DNA of 64,000 nucleotides from an uncultured bacterium (GTDB taxonomy: Bacteria > Chloroflexota > UBA5177 > JANWHV01): contig CAWHAE010000015.1 in the NCBI GenBank assembly GCA_963827235.1, forward strand, positions 32,001-96,000, read 5' to 3'. The notes beneath the pieces were generated by a model, which ran no database searches, was not told where the DNA came from, and saw only the letters and a program-made list of their open reading frames with translations. Shown here piece by piece: positions 59,543 to 64,000 of this stretch (positions within the stretch are counted from its first letter, which is position 1; each line of letters begins with the position of its first letter). Made by a program: the position numbers and the translations under genes.

Positions 59543-61039
59543 GTGATACAGGCACAAGTTCATCTCGATACGGAACATAATGCCGGTCCGATCGACCGCC
59601 GGATCTTCGGAGGCTTCCTGGAGCACCTCGGACGTGCGGTCTACGAGGGCGTCTACGATCCCGGAAGCGCGCTGGCCGATCAGCATGGCTTTCGACGCGA
59701 CGTGGCCGATAGCCTGAGCGCGCTGGAGATGCCCGTGGTCCGCTATCCCGGCGGCAACTTCGTGAGCTGCTACGACTGGAAGGACGGCGTCGGACCGAGA
59801 GAGGCGCGGCCGAGCCGCCCGGACTACGCCTGGCGGTCTATCGAGACCAACCAGTTCGGCACCGACGAGTTCATGGACTGGTGCAAGATGCTCGGCACGG
59901 AGCCCATGCTGGCAGTCAATCTCGGCACGGGCAATACGGCGGGCGCTGCACAGCTTCTGGAGTACTGCAACCTGGCGGGCGGCAGCTACTGGGCCGACCA
60001 GCGCCGCCGGCATGGGCACGCCGACCCCTACAGGGTGAAGCTGTGGTGCATGGGCAACGAGATGGACGGCCCCTGGCAGGCGGGGCACGTGCCCGCCGGC
60101 GTCTACGCGCAGCGGGCGGACCAGGCGGCAACCATGATGAAGGGGCTCGACCCGAGCATCGAGACCGTCGCCTGCGGCTCGTCCCATCGCAACATGCCGA
60201 CCTATATGGAGTGGGATCGCGCGGTGCTGGAGTATTGCTGGGAGCACGTCGACTATATCTCCGCCCACCGGTACAGCCATAACCGCGCCGACGACAGCGC
60301 CTGGTTCCTGGCCGAGGGCCTGGAGATCGATCGCGTGCTCGACGACTACGCCGGCCTGCTGACCTACGTGCGCGGCGTGAAGAAGAGCGACAAGAAGGTC
60401 TTCCTGTCGTTCGATGAGTGGAACGTCTGGTACAAGGATCGGGCCGATGACGGCCGGTGGGCGGCCGCGCCACACCTGCTCGAAGAGGTCTACAACCTGG
60501 AAGACGCCCTGGTCTGCGCCCAGTACCTGACCGGCTTCCTGCGCCACGCGGACACTGTGAAGATCGCCTGCATCGCCCAGATCGTGAACGTGATCGCGCC
60601 CATCCTCACCCGGAGCGATGGACTCCTGGTGCAGGCGACCTACTACCCATTCCGCATGATCTCGCGGTGCGCCCGCGGCGAGGCACTGAAGCCCGTGGTC
60701 TGCTGTCCGACCTATAAGGCGGGCGAGCGGGGCGAGGCGCCGGTGCTGGACTGCGCGGCGAGCTACGATGCGGCGACCGGATCGGCCGCGGTATTCATCG
60801 TCAATCGGCATCTGCAGGACGACCTCGAGGTGACGGTGGACGTGGCGGACCGGCAGCTGGCCGGCATCGCCGGCCTCGAGGTGCTAGGCGGCGGGGACGT
60901 GAAGGCCGCGAATAGCTGGGAGCACCCGCACGCCGTATCGCCCGTCAGGGGCGAGGCGGCGCTCGACGGCGGTGTGGCGCGCATGCGCATCCCGGCGCCC
61001 GGTTTGGCGGTGCTGCGCCTGGAGACTCGCCGGGCGTAA
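59543..61039 (+). CDS. abfA: Intracellular GH51 alpha-L-arabinofuranosidase
   Basis: FLEHLGRAVY, RYPGGNFVS, GNEMDGPWQ, FDEWNVWY, AQIVNVI; no signal peptide. Confidence 0.92.
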   Translation: MIQAQVHLDTEHNAGPIDRRIFGGFLEHLGRAVYEGVYDPGSALADQHGFRRDVADSLSALEMPVVRYPGGNFVSCYDWKDGVGPREARPSRPDYAWRSIETNQFGTDEFMDWCKMLGTEPMLAVNLGTGNTAGAAQLLEYCNLAGGSYWADQRRRHGHADPYRVKLWCMGNEMDGPWQAGHVPAGVYAQRADQAATMMKGLDPSIETVACGSSHRNMPTYMEWDRAVLEYCWEHVDYISAHRYSHNRADDSAWFLAEGLEIDRVLDDYAGLLTYVRGVKKSDKKVFLSFDEWNVWYKDRADDGRWAAAPHLLEEVYNLEDALVCAQYLTGFLRHADTVKIACIAQIVNVIAPILTRSDGLLVQATYYPFRMISRCARGEALKPVVCCPTYKAGERGEAPVLDCAASYDAATGSAAVFIVNRHLQDDLEVTVDVADRQLAGIAGLEVLGGGDVKAANSWEHPHAVSPVRGEAALDGGVARMRIPAPGLAVLRLETRRA

Positions 61040-61057
61040 GGGTGAGGGCAGCGCTGC

Positions 61058-63460
61058 TCAGCTCATGTGCAGGATCTCGCCGCCGGTGCCGACGGCGACG
61101 CAGGTAGTGGCGCGAGTACAGGCCACACCGTTCAAGACCGCGGTCTTGCTCGCGCCGGCTGCCACCTGACTCGTCCAGGTCCTTCCCCCGTCCGCGGTGG
61201 TCAGGATGGTGCCGTACTGGCCCACGGCGGCGCAGAAGGCGGCGCCGGCGCAGCTCACCGCGTGCAGCGTGCTGCCCAGCACGACGGCGTCGAACGAGGC
61301 ATAGCTGGACCACGTCGTGCCGCCGTCGTGGCTGCTCAGGATGGTTCCGTCGTAGTCGCCGCCCACGGCAATGCACATCTGCGGGCTCGGACAGCTCACG
61401 CCGGTCAGCGTCGTCTCTTTGGTGCCCGACTGTCGGCTTGCCCAGGTCGTGCCGCCGTCCTTGCTGACCAGGATGGTGCTGTCGTTGCCCACGGCCAGGC
61501 AGAAGGTGATGCTCGGGCAGCTCACGGCTGCCAGCGCAGCGGTGCCGGCCGCCAGGCGGCCCGTCCAGCTCTTGCCTCCGTCCGCGGTGGTCAGGACGGC
61601 GCTGCCGCCTATGCCGGCGCTGCCCACGGCGACGCAGCGGCCGGTGCTCGGGCAGCTCACCCCGTTGAGGAATGTATCGGGCGCCGGCGCCGGGCTCGTC
61701 CAGCTCGTCCCGCCGTCCGTGCTGACCAGGACGCCGTGCATGAGGGCGGCCAAGCACGTGCTCGCGGTCGGACATGCGACGCCATAGAGGCTGGAGTCGC
61801 TACCCGAGCGGCGGCTGCTCCAGCTATGGCCCTGGTCGGTGGTCACGAGCACGGCACCGTCGTCGCCGGCTGCCAGGCAGAAGCTCGATCCGGCGCAGCC
61901 CACGGCGCGCAGGCTCTGCGAGATGCCCGTGCTACCGCGGCTCCACGTGCTGCCCCCGTCCGCGCTGATGAGGAGGGTGCCGTTCATGCCAGCGGCCAGG
62001 CAAAGGCCGCTGCTCGGGCAAGCCACGCTATACAGGTTGTTGTCGGTGCCCGAGGTACGGCTCGTCCACGTGGCGCCTCCGTCGGTGCTGGCCAGAATGG
62101 TACCACTGTCGCCCACGGCCAGGCAGCTGCCGCTCGTGGGACAGGCAATGCCGTGCAGGGCGCTATAGACATCGGAGGGCCTCTTGCGGGCGCTCCACGA
62201 GGCGCCGCCGTCCGCGCTCGCCAAGATGCTGCTATCACCGCCGGCGAGGCACAGGCTGCTGCTCGGGCAGGTCACGGCGTAGAGGTCGTCGCTGGTGCCC
62301 GAGGTGCGGCTCGTCCACGTGGTGCCGCCATCGACGCTGGCCAGGATGGTGCCCTCGTCGCCCACCGCGATGCAGGCGACCGTACTCCGGCAGGTGACGG
62401 CTTCCAGCATCTTGGTGGTGCCCGGCGCGTGGCTCGTCCAGCTGGCGCCGCCATTCTTGCTGCTGAGCACGGCGCCGTCTTCGCCCACTGCCATGCACCA
62501 CGAGAGGCCGGCGCAGGTGATGCCGCGGAAGTCCCCGGAATCCGGGCCGATGGCATTCGAGGTCCAATCGACGTTACCTCCCACGGTGGTCAGGGCGACC
62601 CCGGCCGGGCGGTCGCTCGAGCCCACGAGCACGCAGGTACCTGCGGCCGCGCAGCTGGCGGCGACCAGCTTTATCCCGCTGTGCAGGCTCGCCCGGCTCG
62701 TCCAGGTAGCACCGCCGTCGGCGCTGCCGGCCACGGGCGTATCGTCGCTCAGGCTTGAATCGAGCTTCCAGCCCACGGCCCGGCAGTCGCGCGCGCCGCC
62801 GCAGGCCACGCCGAAGAGGTCGAGGTTGGTGCCGGAGGCGCGGCTGCTCCAGGCAGCGGTGCCCGTGCCGGTGGAGACCGAGGTGGCTTTGGCGGGCGCC
62901 GTGCTCTCGAGCCAGTAGCCGCAGTTCGGCTTTGCGTCAGGTTTGGGCGTCCGTTGCTGCAGGCAGAGCTTGGTGCCACGCTGGTAGCGATCGATCGCCC
63001 AGCGAAAGGTCTGTACCGCCAGCGAGCCCTTCTTCGTGTAGTTGTACTTCGCGTTGCAGGTATCCTTGCTGACCACCGCGTTCTGGTCCGGCACGAGCGT
63101 GAGGCCGTCCTTGGTGGCGGACGCTTTCCCCTTGGTGTAGATGTAGTAGGAGGTGGTGCAGCTATAGAAGGAGGTCTGCAGAAGGCCGCCGAACACAAAT
63201 TGGCCATCGGCCGCAAAGGTATAGCGTTCGCCCGCCCCGGTAGGAGGGGCATATTCACCGGTCAGGGGATTGACGAAGGTGATGCCGGAGACCGTGCCGG
63301 CCGACCAGTTGCCGAGGAGAATCTGGGGAAGCGGCGCCCCTGCCGGCGCGGTGCCGGGCGAGGCAGTGCTGATCGCGCCCAGCGCGGTGTGAAGCGGCAC
63401 AGAGAAGACCGGGAGCAGACCAACCATCACACACGCCAGGAGAGCAGCACGGCGAAACAC
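61058..63460 (-). CDS. Secreted Ycf48/BNR-like double beta-propeller protein with CX5C repeats and an N-terminal beta domain
   Basis: Signal peptide; 14 repeats of V.C.....C.AVG..G.IL.S.DGG.TW; GTG start with SD ggagg. Confidence 0.8.
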   Translation of the reverse strand: MFRRAALLACVMVGLLPVFSVPLHTALGAISTASPGTAPAGAPLPQILLGNWSAGTVSGITFVNPLTGEYAPPTGAGERYTFAADGQFVFGGLLQTSFYSCTTSYYIYTKGKASATKDGLTLVPDQNAVVSKDTCNAKYNYTKKGSLAVQTFRWAIDRYQRGTKLCLQQRTPKPDAKPNCGYWLESTAPAKATSVSTGTGTAAWSSRASGTNLDLFGVACGGARDCRAVGWKLDSSLSDDTPVAGSADGGATWTSRASLHSGIKLVAASCAAAGTCVLVGSSDRPAGVALTTVGGNVDWTSNAIGPDSGDFRGITCAGLSWCMAVGEDGAVLSSKNGGASWTSHAPGTTKMLEAVTCRSTVACIAVGDEGTILASVDGGTTWTSRTSGTSDDLYAVTCPSSSLCLAGGDSSILASADGGASWSARKRPSDVYSALHGIACPTSGSCLAVGDSGTILASTDGGATWTSRTSGTDNNLYSVACPSSGLCLAAGMNGTLLISADGGSTWSRGSTGISQSLRAVGCAGSSFCLAAGDDGAVLVTTDQGHSWSSRRSGSDSSLYGVACPTASTCLAALMHGVLVSTDGGTSWTSPAPAPDTFLNGVSCPSTGRCVAVGSAGIGGSAVLTTADGGKSWTGRLAAGTAALAAVSCPSITFCLAVGNDSTILVSKDGGTTWASRQSGTKETTLTGVSCPSPQMCIAVGGDYDGTILSSHDGGTTWSSYASFDAVVLGSTLHAVSCAGAAFCAAVGQYGTILTTADGGRTWTSQVAAGASKTAVLNGVACTRATTCVAVGTGGEILHMS

Positions 63461-63638
63461 GATCAACCTCCCGACCACTGGGCCGGCGAGGTCCGGCTCG
63501 CCGGCATCGCAGGCAGACGGTGCCACCTATCAGCGCCAGTATAGATCGGCTCGGCTCGCTTGTCGCGGTGGGCGCTCTCCGGGACCTCGCCCGGCTTGGG
63601 GACATCTGGACCGCCATCAGGGTCTTTCGGGTATCTGT

Positions 63639-64000
63639 TCAGGGCTCTGTCTTTGCATAGTGCGTCGGAGTGTTGATGTGTCGTTGACTCCTTTGACGTT
63701 TATGAGCACTATTACCTCGTGCACAGGTCAGCATGGTGCGCCGGCCTGCCGCGTCATAGGTCTCGTGCAGGTGCATACTCACCTGGCCCGCTGCCGGCGT
63801 CGCCGTGGCCGGGGTGACCGTGCCGCTGCTCGTCGCGGTGGCCGTGGGCTCCGCGGCCGGCAGGCTGTCGGCGGCGATCTCCACCACCCGGCCGGCATCG
63901 CGCATGGTCAGCCACAGGTTGCCGGCCTCGTCGAAGGCGATCCCCGCGGGCACGCTGCCCGCCGGCTGGTCCAGCTGGTACTCGCCGATCCTGCCGCCGG
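63639..64000 (-). CDS. 3' end of a Vgb/SMP-30-like beta-propeller protein (starts outside the window)
   Basis: PAGIAFDEAGNLWLT blade, then a Pro/Thr linker and one YD-like motif. Confidence 0.55.
   Translation of the reverse strand, partial: GGRIGEYQLDQPAGSVPAGIAFDEAGNLWLTMRDAGRVVEIAADSLPAAEPTATATSSGTVTPATATPAAGQVSMHLHETYDAAGRRTMLTCARGNSAHKRQRSQRHINTPTHYAKTEP

Overview
A GC-rich bacterial chromosomal window. The Pro/Thr linkers, non-lipoprotein solute-binding proteins and gene mix suggest a Chloroflexota-like soil organism (inference only). I found no rRNA, tRNA, CRISPR array or intact mobile element. Gene order: NHL-repeat secreted protein; tdh; an orphan HATPase fragment; a LacI-type sensor-PAS-GGDEF-EAL protein; a Fur-family regulator with a Zn/Mn ABC operon; kdpFABC with an extra small peptide, a USP, a kinase-less KdpD, an extra receiver and KdpE; an oligopeptide ABC system with two permease pairs; two divergent GH26 genes; a BlaI/M56-associated module (TlpA, tandem sulfocyanin-like protein, beta-propeller); a GT2/GT4/GT4/membrane-protein glycan cluster; MFS plus TetR; a lone GT2; an arabinofuranoside-utilisation locus (two GH51, LacI, sugar ABC); and two beta-propeller proteins. 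The two strongest novelty candidates are (1) a duplicated sugar-ABC permease fused in frame to a TMTC-like GT-C glycosyltransferase domain, and (2) a BlaI/M56 regulon marked by two identical TACTAC-N6-GTAGTA palindromes in front of a double blue-copper protein and a thiol-disulfide oxidoreductase. All family assignments come from motif recognition by eye, not database searches.
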